Sequence record: NC_031043.1
Direction: 5' to 3' (one strand)
DNA length: 64,000 bases
Part shown: positions 26,269-36,908 of the stretch, piece after piece
Layout of the letters: each line of letters opens with the position of its first letter
Position numbering within the stretch: the stretch's first letter is position 1
Program-made: the position numbers and the translations under genes
The notes under the pieces: model-generated
Databases searched by the model: none
The model's input: only the letters and a program-made list of their open reading frames with translations
What the model was told of the DNA's origin: nothing

Positions 26269-29200
26269 TTATTCCTTTTCTTGTGCCACCATTTGGATTG
26301 CATACTCCCAGTTACGCTGGGTTAGGTTCCACGGGTTATGCATGGCAAGCACTGGGACATTGTTGTATTCAACCGCAAACCAGTCAGTGATGTTCGTTAA
26401 CAGGGTGCGGGTGCTGTTGTCAGCGTACGTGAAAACAAATTTACCTTCAACGAAACAGTTTTTAGCAGCAGTCGTCGGCAATACCGCAATACTGATATAA
26501 CCTTTAAAGTCAGCGCTCGGTACGATGGCGGCGGTTACTGTGGAGATAGTATCCCCCGGCCCATGCGTGACACCCATGATACCCTGACCATCAATCCACA
26601 CATTTAACTGCCCTTGACCTGCAATGGACACCGTCACGCTCGTCGCATTCTGTAACAGTGCAGGTTCTGGATGGCAAACAATGAAACCTCGGTTACACAT
26701 TGCTGTCAGTGCAATCGCATTAACAGAAGCATCGCCTGGGTTAGCCGCGTCATAAGCGAGGTTAGGTTTAGCCCCGCGGACGGTCGCCCGTCCTGCTGCT
26801 GGCCACAGTGGAGCAGGTACAGAATAAGTGGCTGTCTCGTAGATAATACCCGTTGACTGCTCGGTCATTATCTGTTGGGTGGCTAATTCCAATGGGCCGA
26901 ACTCATTGGTGTGCGAACCCACTGTTTTCCCACGATACAACCCATTTTGTTTCGCAGCGTACCACGACAGTTCTGACCCACGAATGTAACTCTGGATAAG
27001 ACCGCGGTGACAGTTAACCCGTGCCAGTACGTTCGGTGCAATACTGGAGTCAAAGATAGACCCCACCAGACGGAACCCTTTCACGGAATCAGAGGAGTAA
27101 CCGAAATACGGCCCTTCAAAGAAACGTGACAGGTCTTGGTCAAACACTAACGAAATAATGCGGTGGGACTCAACGCGGGTGGTCGGGTCTACCGCACTGT
27201 ACGTTAACGTCAGACGTTTTTCAGCTGGGACGTAACGATAACGCACCATGACCAGAGGTGGCTTCTTCATCCCCACACCGTCAATCTGGGCAGGGAAGTT
27301 AAAGCTTGCTGCCAGTGCTGCGTCTTCTGTACGAGTGAACGCGATCAGGTTATTGCGGGGAATGGCGGTATAAGGTAATGCAATCGGCTGTGGGCTGACT
27401 TCATTAACAAACGCGATGGATGCGGTGCCCTGTGCAGTATTAATCGCCTGCAACGATAACACCTCGTGCTTCCCATTCACTGCTTGCGCCACTAACTCAA
27501 TAATCCCCTCAGCATTCGCCACGAACGACCCGTCGTAAGTAACACGATAGCTTTCCAACGGGTTAGCCATGTTCTTCCAACGGTACGGCGACTGACCACG
27601 AATACCAATCCATACACGGAGCGGGTTGGCGGCTGCAGCACCCTCGGTTACGACTAGCGTCCCTTGGGTACGTAAAGCCATGCCCGCGGCATTGGTGAAC
27701 ATTGCCACGTCCGGTATACCGGTCACTGACTTATCCGCCACGCCATACGGCTCGGTACTCTCCAGCCCGGTCACTTTTACGTTAGCGGGACTGTAGTTCG
27801 GGTCAGTGATGTCAACCACATCATGCGCATCCGGGTCAGCCATGTGCGTTTGCAGCTCACGGAAATTACCGAAGTCGATTACCTGACTAAACTGCACTGG
27901 CCCACCGCTCGTAATCACCCCGGTATCGTTCGTATCAACATGTCCTAAATACAACATGTCAACATTCAACGCATCGCCTGCTACTGGAGCAGCGACAGCT
28001 TGGAACTTACCGAGAATCACGTTACCGTAAATGAAGAAGCGGTTATTCGCCGGGGGCATGTAAGCATCAATGGTTCCGACACGGGTATCTGCTGAGCTGT
28101 TGTAGACCAGAGAGTCCCCGTCAGAAATATCGAATGCCAGACTAGCCGGTTTCGTGTTGTCTTCACACAGGGACTGGATAGCCACGACATGCACACCCGG
28201 TACCAGTTCGATTTCTACCGATGGGTCAGTCAGTGCGTTGGCAATCTGGTTTTCATCAACCCAGATGGACACTTTACCGGCAGAGCGGACACGGACTTTC
28301 ACCACGTCATCAGTGAAACGCAGACGAATCTTTGCGGCCACTTTCAGATTAGCGGTGCCAGTCAAGGCTGCTGTGGTTGAGATTGCCTTAGCCTGCGGCA
28401 GCGGGTTAGTAGGTTGCGTGTTGTGCACCGCGCCTAATTTCCAACTCCCTTCGATGCCGCAGCCAGTGTAGTACCAGACGTTAGACGAGACCGCAGCAAG
28501 ATTGATAGTCCCATCGAGCGTGCCTTCTGCAGAGTCCAGAGACCGGGCAATGAAGTAACGGTACGATGCTTGCGGAGTCAACGTCCATCCGGTAGTACCG
28601 AACGTAGTAGGCTCAACCGACGTAAACTCTAAGGTGTCACGGAACATCACCCCAAAGAAACGCTGGTTAATCAACGTGAGTCGGTCATTCAACCCTTTCA
28701 GTACCGCAGGGGCAACCGCTTGACCATCCTTAACCTTATCAAAGGTCGGGGCAATCATTACCGTACCATAATCCGCTACAGTGGCCTGACCAATCCCCAG
28801 CATCGACCAATCGTGTTTGTGGTCCTTGGCCACTAACGCATCGGTACGTGCCTTCTGTGGGGTTGACAGTGGCTTGGCTGTGTCCGCGGTGTTATCCACG
28901 GTGTCCAGATTCAAGTCCGTCTTATCCAGCGTGATTTCCGTTCCCGACATTGGCTTGTTGTTAATGAGAATGGTTTTCGGCACCATGTCATTAAAGCCAT
29001 CGTTATACGGCTTACCTGAATCAGGAGTAGCGGCTTCACCGACCACGCCCGTTCCCGTACCAGATACCAACTTCACTTTACCTGCGACCGTTTTAGACGC
29101 TTTCGGAATGTTCAGCTCTCCTTGCAATGGTGCAGAAGGGGTGCCTTTACCGGTAAAGGTGATGTTAGTTGACTGAATGTTAATCTGCACGTTCTCAGGG

Positions 29201-30291
29201 TCACCATTCGTGTCTTCGGACTGGTACTGCTTAATAGTACGGCCTGTCAGTAACGCCACACCGTTCAGTGTGAGTTTGTCCACGCCTAACGTTGTTCCGT
29301 TGGTGGTCACCCGTAAGGTGTTTGTCCCACAAACGTATTCGACGTATTTCGCCCCTGACAAATCTGTACCTGCCGCAGCAACAATCGACCCTTGGGTGAT
29401 TAGTTGAATCTTCGCAGCAGACAGAATCAGCTTAGTGGTGCCCGTGCTATCAGAAATAGCCGTAGCCCCATCCGTAAACTGGAACGTACCTTTGACGTTC
29501 TTTGACAGGTAGCGATGAATGTACTGCTGAATATCCGCGTCGGTTAAACCTTGACTACGGATATTTTCAATCAGTGCACGCAGTGTCATGCCATACGCCA
29601 AGAAGGTGTCCGGCACTTCTAGCCCAACTGGGTGGGCGTTTAATTGCGCAGTGGTCAACTGGTGCGGGTCTTTCGCAGCAATGTGACCGGGATAGTTAAA
29701 GGCTTCGATGTCGGTATATAACTGGTCAGCTAGTTGAGCCAACTCCGCCAAGTCACCTTTAAGGTCTTGCATGTCATCATCTAAGGCAGCATTAACATCA
29801 TCCACCGCAGAGGCAACATACTGCTTGTTCTTGGCATCTGACCAACTGGTGTAGCTGGGCTTCTGCGGGAACAAGGCAGGAACCCCGTTAAGCGAACGGT
29901 AATCCGCTGCACGGGGGTTATTCATGTATTTGATGAGGTAGTCAAGGATTTCTGTCAGAGGGTCGTAGAAGTCCCCTCCGAGCAGATTTCCTTTAAAGGT
30001 TAACCCACCGCTGATATCAGGATTAATGAACTGGACACCACAGTAGACCGGTGCAGCATCGGCAGCCAACGACCCTTTTAATGCCGTCAGCTCATAAACG
30101 TATTCATAATCGGAACCTTCAGACAACGGCGTGGCGCTGTTGCCGTTGAGGATTTGTAACGTCCCAAAGAACGGGGCGTTACTGAGCATGATTACACGGT
30201 TCGTGTTCTCATTAGATTCAAGAATACGCTCCTCAGTGAAGGTATTGGTAATCGCCTCCCCTGTGGGGTCGTACGGGTATCTAGTCATCAT
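26269..30291 (-). CDS. Tail fibre protein (1340 aa)
   Basis: YPYDPTG N-domain, HIAAKDPHQLT and LDTVDNTADTAKPLS fibre motifs, two PA14-like segments (GKVSIWVD..PGVHVVAI; GQLNVWIDG). Confidence 0.75.
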   Translation of the reverse strand: MMTRYPYDPTGEAITNTFTEERILESNENTNRVIMLSNAPFFGTLQILNGNSATPLSEGSDYEYVYELTALKGSLAADAAPVYCGVQFINPDISGGLTFKGNLLGGDFYDPLTEILDYLIKYMNNPRAADYRSLNGVPALFPQKPSYTSWSDAKNKQYVASAVDDVNAALDDDMQDLKGDLAELAQLADQLYTDIEAFNYPGHIAAKDPHQLTTAQLNAHPVGLEVPDTFLAYGMTLRALIENIRSQGLTDADIQQYIHRYLSKNVKGTFQFTDGATAISDSTGTTKLILSAAKIQLITQGSIVAAAGTDLSGAKYVEYVCGTNTLRVTTNGTTLGVDKLTLNGVALLTGRTIKQYQSEDTNGDPENVQINIQSTNITFTGKGTPSAPLQGELNIPKASKTVAGKVKLVSGTGTGVVGEAATPDSGKPYNDGFNDMVPKTILINNKPMSGTEITLDKTDLNLDTVDNTADTAKPLSTPQKARTDALVAKDHKHDWSMLGIGQATVADYGTVMIAPTFDKVKDGQAVAPAVLKGLNDRLTLINQRFFGVMFRDTLEFTSVEPTTFGTTGWTLTPQASYRYFIARSLDSAEGTLDGTINLAAVSSNVWYYTGCGIEGSWKLGAVHNTQPTNPLPQAKAISTTAALTGTANLKVAAKIRLRFTDDVVKVRVRSAGKVSIWVDENQIANALTDPSVEIELVPGVHVVAIQSLCEDNTKPASLAFDISDGDSLVYNSSADTRVGTIDAYMPPANNRFFIYGNVILGKFQAVAAPVAGDALNVDMLYLGHVDTNDTGVITSGGPVQFSQVIDFGNFRELQTHMADPDAHDVVDITDPNYSPANVKVTGLESTEPYGVADKSVTGIPDVAMFTNAAGMALRTQGTLVVTEGAAAANPLRVWIGIRGQSPYRWKNMANPLESYRVTYDGSFVANAEGIIELVAQAVNGKHEVLSLQAINTAQGTASIAFVNEVSPQPIALPYTAIPRNNLIAFTRTEDAALAASFNFPAQIDGVGMKKPPLVMVRYRYVPAEKRLTLTYSAVDPTTRVESHRIISLVFDQDLSRFFEGPYFGYSSDSVKGFRLVGSIFDSSIAPNVLARVNCHRGLIQSYIRGSELSWYAAKQNGLYRGKTVGSHTNEFGPLELATQQIMTEQSTGIIYETATYSVPAPLWPAAGRATVRGAKPNLAYDAANPGDASVNAIALTAMCNRGFIVCHPEPALLQNATSVTVSIAGQGQLNVWIDGQGIMGVTHGPGDTISTVTAAIVPSADFKGYISIAVLPTTAAKNCFVEGKFVFTYADNSTRTLLTNITDWFAVEYNNVPVLAMHNPWNLTQRNWEYAIQMVAQEKE

Positions 30292-30299
30292 TGAATCCC

Positions 30300-33200
30300 T
30301 TAGGTAGACCGGCGCATCATTAACATGGTGTACGCCTTAAGAAGTGAGTAATAGGAACAGTTATTAGCGGTGTAGACGATACCCCGCCCATCCAAAGTTG
30401 GAATAACCGGTGTACCCACGGCGGTCTGTATCTGTGCCTGAGTCATACCAGCCGTTGCTAACGCACCGTTAACGACACGCACGCGGGCCAGTGGTGACAC
30501 GTTATCAATCAGGCTCCCCAGTGTGGAGTACAAGTTTGTTGTATCCACCGCTGGATGTTGCGTAAAGTTGTACGTAATCTTGGACTTGTACTGACCCAAG
30601 ACACCAACAAACACTGTACCTTTAAAGAAGTCTGTTGGAATGCCTTTACTGAGCATCAACGGACTAAGGCTAGTGACTTTATTCAACCCAGCACTGTTAC
30701 TTGCCACAACCGTTAACGCACCAAAATCGATAACAAAACGGTCAGTGGTAGCATCCCCTGCAATAGGAGAAGCGACATCGACAGTGAACACATTACCTAC
30801 GCGAGTGACGGTATGTACCCCAGCAGCGAGCTGTGACATCTTGTTACCAGCGGTTCGACCGGTTACAGCAGGGATAACAATCCCCGGCCATTTCTCAGCA
30901 TCGATTACAATCGCATGGTAAACCGTTTCCCCGTTGCCGTTTGCCCATTGTCCAGTAGGGGCGGTCATCAACGTGAGCGAGTGCGCGTCTGTCCCTACCG
31001 TACGCTGAGCCAGTAACAGACCGGCAAGGCCGTCATTGTCGTTAGCGGGGTCACACACCTGACTTGCTTTAAGGACATAATCCCCTTGAGCCTGCCTATG
31101 CGATAAGCCAAGCATCATCGTTTGGGCAGCACCGAAGTTATTGTAGAACAATTGATTTCCGGTTTGTGTCCATGGTCGTTCGAGGTAAACACCTTGCCAA
31201 TCACGAAGGGCGTTAGTAAAACCTTGCTTGTAATTGCTTTTGGCAGCAGGGATATTACGCACACTGGATAGACCAAGACTGTTTTTGTCTGCGGTTTTTT
31301 CAATGTGGGCATTGGCGTTGGTGACGTGCTCTTCGAACTCACGGAAGCTACCCAGACGAGTGACGTTATAGACATTGGCGCGAATAATAGAATCATCATC
31401 CGCAGTCACTTGCCCAATTTCCGTTAAGGTATCGTTTTCCACCAGTTTATCGGCACTGATAGACAACTCACCACCACCGTCTGCGGCGACATCAACGTAC
31501 AGGTAGAACGTCTTACCGGCGTACGCACCAGGGAACAAGTCCACCAAGTTAAAGGAAGCTGCTGGAACTACACGACGCCCCCCGCAATAATAGGTGTTCT
31601 CAGGAATCGAAACCATGAAGTCTTCGAACTCCACCCCTTCCACAAACCCAGTACCTGTAGTGCCGTAACGAAGGATGTTAATAACCGCAGGCGTTAACGT
31701 ATCGTTAGAGAGCGTATCCACCTCATCGAGACGGGTCTTCTGCTCTAAGACTTCACGACCGTTCAGTACCAGCGTGTTATCATTAACTAACCCACCCAGT
31801 TTCACCGTGCCCAACACCGTGGTGGTGGCAGTGGTAATCCCGAACATGCTCGCCGGGTGGGTGTGGTCAGGGTTATCCTCGTAGTCCGCAATCATGAGTT
31901 CCATGGCGTCAGACATCGGCATCAGCATATCTGAAATATCAACCACTTCAGACATCCCGTACATTGACTTAGACAGCGTGATGGAACTCGCCAGCGGTGT
32001 GCCGTTAATATTGGCTCGCGCTTTAAGCAGTTTACCGGTGAAGTTACCCGCCAGTTTCCCAATCAGTGCAGGCGTTGCCGCAAGCGTTGTGTCGGTACCG
32101 AAATCGTCGGTTACCTTACGCATGGCCAACGTGCTCAGGTCAGCAGCAGAAGGTGCTACCCACGTTGCTACAAATGGATTAGAGCCGATACCTTTACCGG
32201 TAAGGGTAATCGTCGCGGTACTCACCCCCGTGAAGCCAGCAGCCGCTGCACCCCCTTGAGGGATATACGGCCCGATGGTGTCATGGGTTAAGAGTTTCTC
32301 ATTATTCCATTGCAGGCCACGGACGTCATTATACAGACGTAATACACCCGTACCGGCTTTGATATCAATATACTGCGCCGCAGTCACCGACACGTTATCA
32401 GTCTGGGCAACAAGCCAAGAAGTTAACTTATCGAACTTCGACAGGATACGGATATTGTTAGCGTCGGAACCTTGGGTGAACTGGGTTAAACCTTCCACCC
32501 CAACAATCGTCCCCTTCAGAGCGCGGCTGGTGACCTCACGACGGACTTTCGTCACAAAGGAGGCGGTAGTAGGGGCAAGAGCGTTAATGTACGTGGTGAG
32601 CTGCGGAAGCGTTCTATTATAGACACGCACTGCATCGGCAGAGATACCGTTACGTACTAACGCCTTAATCCAACCGGCTTCTTCGTCATGCGGGTTATCT
32701 TTTCGCAAGACGTGGTCATGGGCAGGGGAGTGGTCGTAACTGTCACGCAACAGATTATACCAAATCCGGAGCAACCCTAAGATATCCTCCCCAACATCCG
32801 CAGTAAAGCCCGGACAGCCCCAGATACGCATATAGCCGTTCTGTTTATCGCCTGTGCCAGTACGCACATCGGTATTACCCGCTAACGCGTTAGCGATGCC
32901 ATACGTGGTGTACACATTCAGCATGTTTGCAGGTGGGTTGTTGTGGTCGTAGTTAATCTTTCCAACCGTACCGCCGTCGTTCGAAATATAAATGTCGAAA
33001 CGGTTTTGGTTCAGGCTGCGATTAATCTTTACACGGAACGGTTTAGCGAATAAGGACTTAGCGAATGGGATGGTGGCCAATACCCAGCGCGTCTCCACTT
33101 GGCTCTGTGTACGGGACAACACCGCTTGGAATTGCTGCGTTGCCATATCGTACACTAACTGCACGTTGGTGAAGATACTGCCCCAGTTATTATTGAGCAT

Positions 33201-33923
33201 TAAGTAGAATGTGGATGCCGTCGCCGTTTGTAACTTAGGCAGGTACCATTCCACGTCCAAACTGTAGTCACCCAACTGGGAGTTATTGTAGTTACCTAAA
33301 TCGTAACGGAAGTTGACCGCCGAACCGAATAAATGACGGCCGGTTTGGCCATCGAAAGTCACACCGGTGGCCGTGTAGCCGTCCTTATAACCGGGGGCCG
33401 TGGTCACCACCAACGGGTCTTTCTTCGGAGGCTTATACTTCAAACCTTCTGCCAGTACGCCCAGAGCATCCATCAGCTCTTTCTCACCGCACCAGTTATC
33501 CCAATCGAACTGAATATCAACCGGTGGGAAGTACGGTTCGCCGATAACATCTTCCCAATATTTATCGGTGAAGACCGTGTTAGCGGCTACGAAATCGGTT
33601 TTCTGTTGGGCAGAGGCAACATTAATACCAACCGGATGATACGTTACCTGCAAGGAGCGGGAAACCTTATCATCTATAATCAGAATCGCACCATGCACAC
33701 GACGTGCGGTACGAACCACCCCGGTAGCATAGGGTAATACTTTGTAATAGTGAACCTGCTCTTTCAGCAGTGTCGTTCCATCGTACAGTTCAAACGTATT
33801 GTCTGAGTAGTACGGGCCTTGGGTCGGGAAAATTAAACGTGGACCGGTAGCGGGCAGGGTTTGTGCTTCTTTTGTCTGCACGTTTTCCGCTACTGTCCCG
33901 TGTGGATCGAACACGACAGACAT
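30300..33923 (-). CDS. Tail fibre protein (1207 aa)
   Basis: FDPHG..N..E..FPTQGPYY N-domain; HVLRKDNPH motif; internal modules shared with the 1899-aa fibre. Confidence 0.75.
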   Translation of the reverse strand: MSVVFDPHGTVAENVQTKEAQTLPATGPRLIFPTQGPYYSDNTFELYDGTTLLKEQVHYYKVLPYATGVVRTARRVHGAILIIDDKVSRSLQVTYHPVGINVASAQQKTDFVAANTVFTDKYWEDVIGEPYFPPVDIQFDWDNWCGEKELMDALGVLAEGLKYKPPKKDPLVVTTAPGYKDGYTATGVTFDGQTGRHLFGSAVNFRYDLGNYNNSQLGDYSLDVEWYLPKLQTATASTFYLMLNNNWGSIFTNVQLVYDMATQQFQAVLSRTQSQVETRWVLATIPFAKSLFAKPFRVKINRSLNQNRFDIYISNDGGTVGKINYDHNNPPANMLNVYTTYGIANALAGNTDVRTGTGDKQNGYMRIWGCPGFTADVGEDILGLLRIWYNLLRDSYDHSPAHDHVLRKDNPHDEEAGWIKALVRNGISADAVRVYNRTLPQLTTYINALAPTTASFVTKVRREVTSRALKGTIVGVEGLTQFTQGSDANNIRILSKFDKLTSWLVAQTDNVSVTAAQYIDIKAGTGVLRLYNDVRGLQWNNEKLLTHDTIGPYIPQGGAAAAGFTGVSTATITLTGKGIGSNPFVATWVAPSAADLSTLAMRKVTDDFGTDTTLAATPALIGKLAGNFTGKLLKARANINGTPLASSITLSKSMYGMSEVVDISDMLMPMSDAMELMIADYEDNPDHTHPASMFGITTATTTVLGTVKLGGLVNDNTLVLNGREVLEQKTRLDEVDTLSNDTLTPAVINILRYGTTGTGFVEGVEFEDFMVSIPENTYYCGGRRVVPAASFNLVDLFPGAYAGKTFYLYVDVAADGGGELSISADKLVENDTLTEIGQVTADDDSIIRANVYNVTRLGSFREFEEHVTNANAHIEKTADKNSLGLSSVRNIPAAKSNYKQGFTNALRDWQGVYLERPWTQTGNQLFYNNFGAAQTMMLGLSHRQAQGDYVLKASQVCDPANDNDGLAGLLLAQRTVGTDAHSLTLMTAPTGQWANGNGETVYHAIVIDAEKWPGIVIPAVTGRTAGNKMSQLAAGVHTVTRVGNVFTVDVASPIAGDATTDRFVIDFGALTVVASNSAGLNKVTSLSPLMLSKGIPTDFFKGTVFVGVLGQYKSKITYNFTQHPAVDTTNLYSTLGSLIDNVSPLARVRVVNGALATAGMTQAQIQTAVGTPVIPTLDGRGIVYTANNCSYYSLLKAYTMLMMRRST

Positions 33924-33992
33924 GGATTACTCCTTTGTAAACTGGGCCACCGAGGGTCATATTATGACCGTTCTTCTAATGAGGAAGCCCTG

Positions 33993-35240
33993 ATGGAAGC
34001 GATTTATCAAGTGCGGAATGACTGCGCTTACGGCTACAATCGTGGTACACGCATTTGGGAAAATGTTGACATCACGAAGCCAATTAAAACCCTGTTAGAC
34101 CAGTATCACGAAATAGAGGTAGGTGTCAGTGATGTTACTGACCATGACTACACTTTTTTTGTGCAGTTACATCTTTCCGCCTTGAGCAACTTTACCGGCA
34201 CCTTACAAGACTGGTTTACTTCCAAAGCGGGCATCACCATCACCACCCTTAAACCTGGACTGCCAACACTGGAGTTCACCAACGCGTATTATCAATCACT
34301 GTTCTGGGACTTGGGGATTAAAACCCACATCTGTCCACCGGGTGTGCATTTCACACAGGACTTTGCCATTGATGATGCAACTGACGTAGTAGTGGAAGTC
34401 GAGAAAGAAAGCTCTGAACTCTACAACAACTACGCCATGTACAACGTTGACGGGTATTGGGTGCCTCACGTCTATGACGATGCGGGTATTCGCATGCCGG
34501 GCGCTGGGAACATTATCAAACGCAGCAGTGCTGTCAGTATTGGTTGTTTGGTAACGAAACATATTGCTAAGCTTAAGACCATACCGATTACAGACGATAT
34601 GTTATTCCGTGTAGACACCTCACTGGACTGGACATCGAACCTGCTGTTAAAGGTGGGTACCGGACTGACGGGTAAAACCGTGGGGCTAGTGATTGGCGGG
34701 GTACTGCGTTGGCTGAAACCTAGCCAGATTATCTCCGATACGACTTGTACGGTTTCACTGTCGAATCTGAATCTGTTAAAGCAGCTGTTGATGTCGGAAA
34801 CGCACTTCGATTGGGATGCTATCGGATTAGGTGACTTCGGTTCGCCGACTGCGGTGGCGAAGCTTCGCAATACCGAAATCTTACGTGGGTTGTTGAAACA
34901 CCAGTCATCGTTCTTGGTTACCATTGATACCCCGTATCTGGAAATCACTAACGATTACGTCAACCACACCGCTGTACCGGGACGAGTATTCTTCTCTGAC
35001 CCAGAAGGTACCAAGACGTTGGGTATCCTGACCAACGACTTAGGTAAGTGTGTTGACTACTGGCCTATCTGGGAAGAGGGTGAATGGACGCTTCACAGCA
35101 ACGAGCTGTCGAATCCTAACTACATCGCCTTTACCTCAAAGTGGCAATCACATCACTACGTAAATGACGCGTACAAGCATATTGACACGTACCGCAAACC
35201 TTACTTAATCATGCAGCAGTTCCGAGCACGAAAAAAATAA
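33993..35240 (+). CDS. Hypothetical, probably virion-associated protein (about 415 aa)
   Basis: Long ORF; start placed at MEAIYQ after a GAGGAAG SD; followed by a terminator; no motif recognised. Confidence 0.6.
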   Translation: MEAIYQVRNDCAYGYNRGTRIWENVDITKPIKTLLDQYHEIEVGVSDVTDHDYTFFVQLHLSALSNFTGTLQDWFTSKAGITITTLKPGLPTLEFTNAYYQSLFWDLGIKTHICPPGVHFTQDFAIDDATDVVVEVEKESSELYNNYAMYNVDGYWVPHVYDDAGIRMPGAGNIIKRSSAVSIGCLVTKHIAKLKTIPITDDMLFRVDTSLDWTSNLLLKVGTGLTGKTVGLVIGGVLRWLKPSQIISDTTCTVSLSNLNLLKQLLMSETHFDWDAIGLGDFGSPTAVAKLRNTEILRGLLKHQSSFLVTIDTPYLEITNDYVNHTAVPGRVFFSDPEGTKTLGILTNDLGKCVDYWPIWEEGEWTLHSNELSNPNYIAFTSKWQSHHYVNDAYKHIDTYRKPYLIMQQFRARKK

Positions 35241-35246
35241 AGACTA

Positions 35247-35287
35247 CTCCACTCCCGATGAGGAGTGGAGGCTTTTACTTTTTTACG
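35247..35287. terminator. Bidirectional intrinsic terminator
   Basis: CTCCACTCC (35247-35255), loop CGATGA, GGAGTGGAG (35262-35270), then GCTTTTACTTTTTT; an A-run lies on the left; convergent genes on both sides. Confidence 0.8.
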
Positions 35288-35292
35288 ATCGA

Positions 35293-35496
35293 TTAGTCTT
35301 GCTTGTAAACGACCGCATTGCCGAACAGTTTGTTGTCACCGCCAACAGCGATAATAACGATGGCGTCACCGCCCAATTCTGCAGCTTTTGCTTCCAGTGC
35401 TTTTTCTGCGTCGTTCAGAGTCGCTTGACCCGAAACAGAAACTTTACCGATTTCAGAATAACCTGCAGGTACAGAACCTTTTGCGAACTGTTGCAT
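35293..35496 (-). CDS. DUF1471 (YdgH/BhsA/McbA-like) miniprotein without a signal peptide
   Basis: IGKVSVSG..TLNDAEKALEAKAAELGGDAIVIIAVGGDNKLFGNAVVYK matches the DUF1471 pattern; ATG at 35496 follows GAGGA. Confidence 0.7.
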   Translation of the reverse strand: MQQFAKGSVPAGYSEIGKVSVSGQATLNDAEKALEAKAAELGGDAIVIIAVGGDNKLFGNAVVYKQD

Positions 35497-35790
35497 ACTT
35501 TCATCCTCAGTGGTTTTCAAGATAACAAGACACCATGTCTTTTACCTAAGTGCATATAAAGGCAGTAAAAAAGAATACACCCCCTACCTAAGCTTGGCAC
35601 GAATCATTTATCGGCCGAAGGGAAGAGTAGGGGGTCATTTCATTTCTTTGTTGGCTTCCTCACCACTCGCAAGCGGGTCATCAAGTCCAACGGCGTTAGC
35701 CATTAATGGCGCAATTAAGCGCTAGGTAAGTTTCAAATTGTGGGCACTACTTGATTACATACTAATACGAGTAGTGTTGTTATTAAACTT

Positions 35791-36720
35791 TTAGTGCGGT
35801 GTAGAAACGTCGTTACCATCGCCCAGTTCTTTGTGAACGTGCAAGCTGAAGGTGATACCTCCAATGATTGCCTCGGTAACCGTGAACGTTCCCTTACCTT
35901 CGCCAGTGCCATTGTAGGTGAAGTTCTTCTGCACCAACAAGTTACCGGTTAGGTCGGTATCTGGGGTGTCGTGGGTGATTTTCGATGAAGCTTTCACCAC
36001 TGACGTCGTGCAGTTCATGGTCGCCGTTTCACAATCCACTAGCCACTCTTTCGTCTTCCAGTGAATCTTATCTTTCGCCCAGCCGTATATCTCATCCCGG
36101 AACATGTGCATCTTCGTCCCGAAGGAGTTCTCTGCCCCAATATCCCCTTCTGTAGATGCCAGCCAAATCTTGTTCCCTGCATCATCCATGACAACGAACT
36201 TGGACTCTTCGGTATCGAGTTGAATGTCGTAACCGAATGCTTCTCCGTTCATCTTAGACGTGTGCAGCGTAATGTGTTTGTCCATTGGAGAGAACGCAAG
36301 CCAGTAAGCGTTGTTCAGGTTATTGGTCTTCCCGTTGTTCGGGTCAGCACCAAACGCGAACACCACGTGCTCCAGACGCTTCACGTTCATGCTATCCATG
36401 TCTTCCCAATAATAGATATCGGTTTCACCCAGACGATGGATACGCACTTGGTCACCCTTTTTCACATCAGGGGACGTCACACGGTTTGTGTTGAACTTAA
36501 GCCACGTGGCGGGGATAGTGTTCCCCATGGTCAGCTTAAGACTATCTTGAGAGCCAGTGGCCGTCTGATGATTCAGCTCGACTTCGGTCTCTTGTGCAGC
36601 TACTGCAGTCGGATTCGCGAAGTTGACTTCGATAGGGATGACTTGAATCCGGTCTACCCCTCGTGCTTTATCTTCAGCAACGATTCCGTAACTGTAAACC
36701 TTCAGTTGTGAAATTTCCAT
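35791..36720 (-). CDS. Baseplate central spike (gpV/gp138-like)
   Basis: OB-fold-like N-terminus (GIVAEDK..IQVIP), repeated short beta strands, and a C-terminal GGITFSLHVH with the HxH metal-binding tip motif of contractile-tail spikes; GAGG SD. Confidence 0.65.
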   Translation of the reverse strand: MEISQLKVYSYGIVAEDKARGVDRIQVIPIEVNFANPTAVAAQETEVELNHQTATGSQDSLKLTMGNTIPATWLKFNTNRVTSPDVKKGDQVRIHRLGETDIYYWEDMDSMNVKRLEHVVFAFGADPNNGKTNNLNNAYWLAFSPMDKHITLHTSKMNGEAFGYDIQLDTEESKFVVMDDAGNKIWLASTEGDIGAENSFGTKMHMFRDEIYGWAKDKIHWKTKEWLVDCETATMNCTTSVVKASSKITHDTPDTDLTGNLLVQKNFTYNGTGEGKGTFTVTEAIIGGITFSLHVHKELGDGNDVSTPH

Positions 36721-36895
36721 CTGACACCTCGTTGTACGTTACATACTATTTCTTCCTCTCTTTTTTTACGTTACGGGTAGTAGTTATAGAGGAGTATGCG
36801 AAAGCAGATTCTGGGGAGAGGGGGCTTTTAATACACGGAGCGTAGCGACCTCCTTATTCTTCTTTTAATCCCTTTCTTCTAACGAATTTAATTTC

Positions 36896-36908
36896 AGATA
36901 TATATTAC
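36896..36908 (+). promoter_or_regulatory. Candidate early (virion RNAP) promoter
   Basis: AGATATATATTAC contains TATATTAC, the early-promoter motif described for phiKZ; about 85 nt upstream of the first plus-strand gene. Confidence 0.55.

Noticed and set aside
33861-33992. Upstream extension of the 459-aa ORF
   Set aside because: It overlaps the divergent fibre gene start; the ATG at 33993 has a good SD.
36061-36711. 216-aa plus-strand ORF
   Set aside because: Antisense shadow of the baseplate spike gene.
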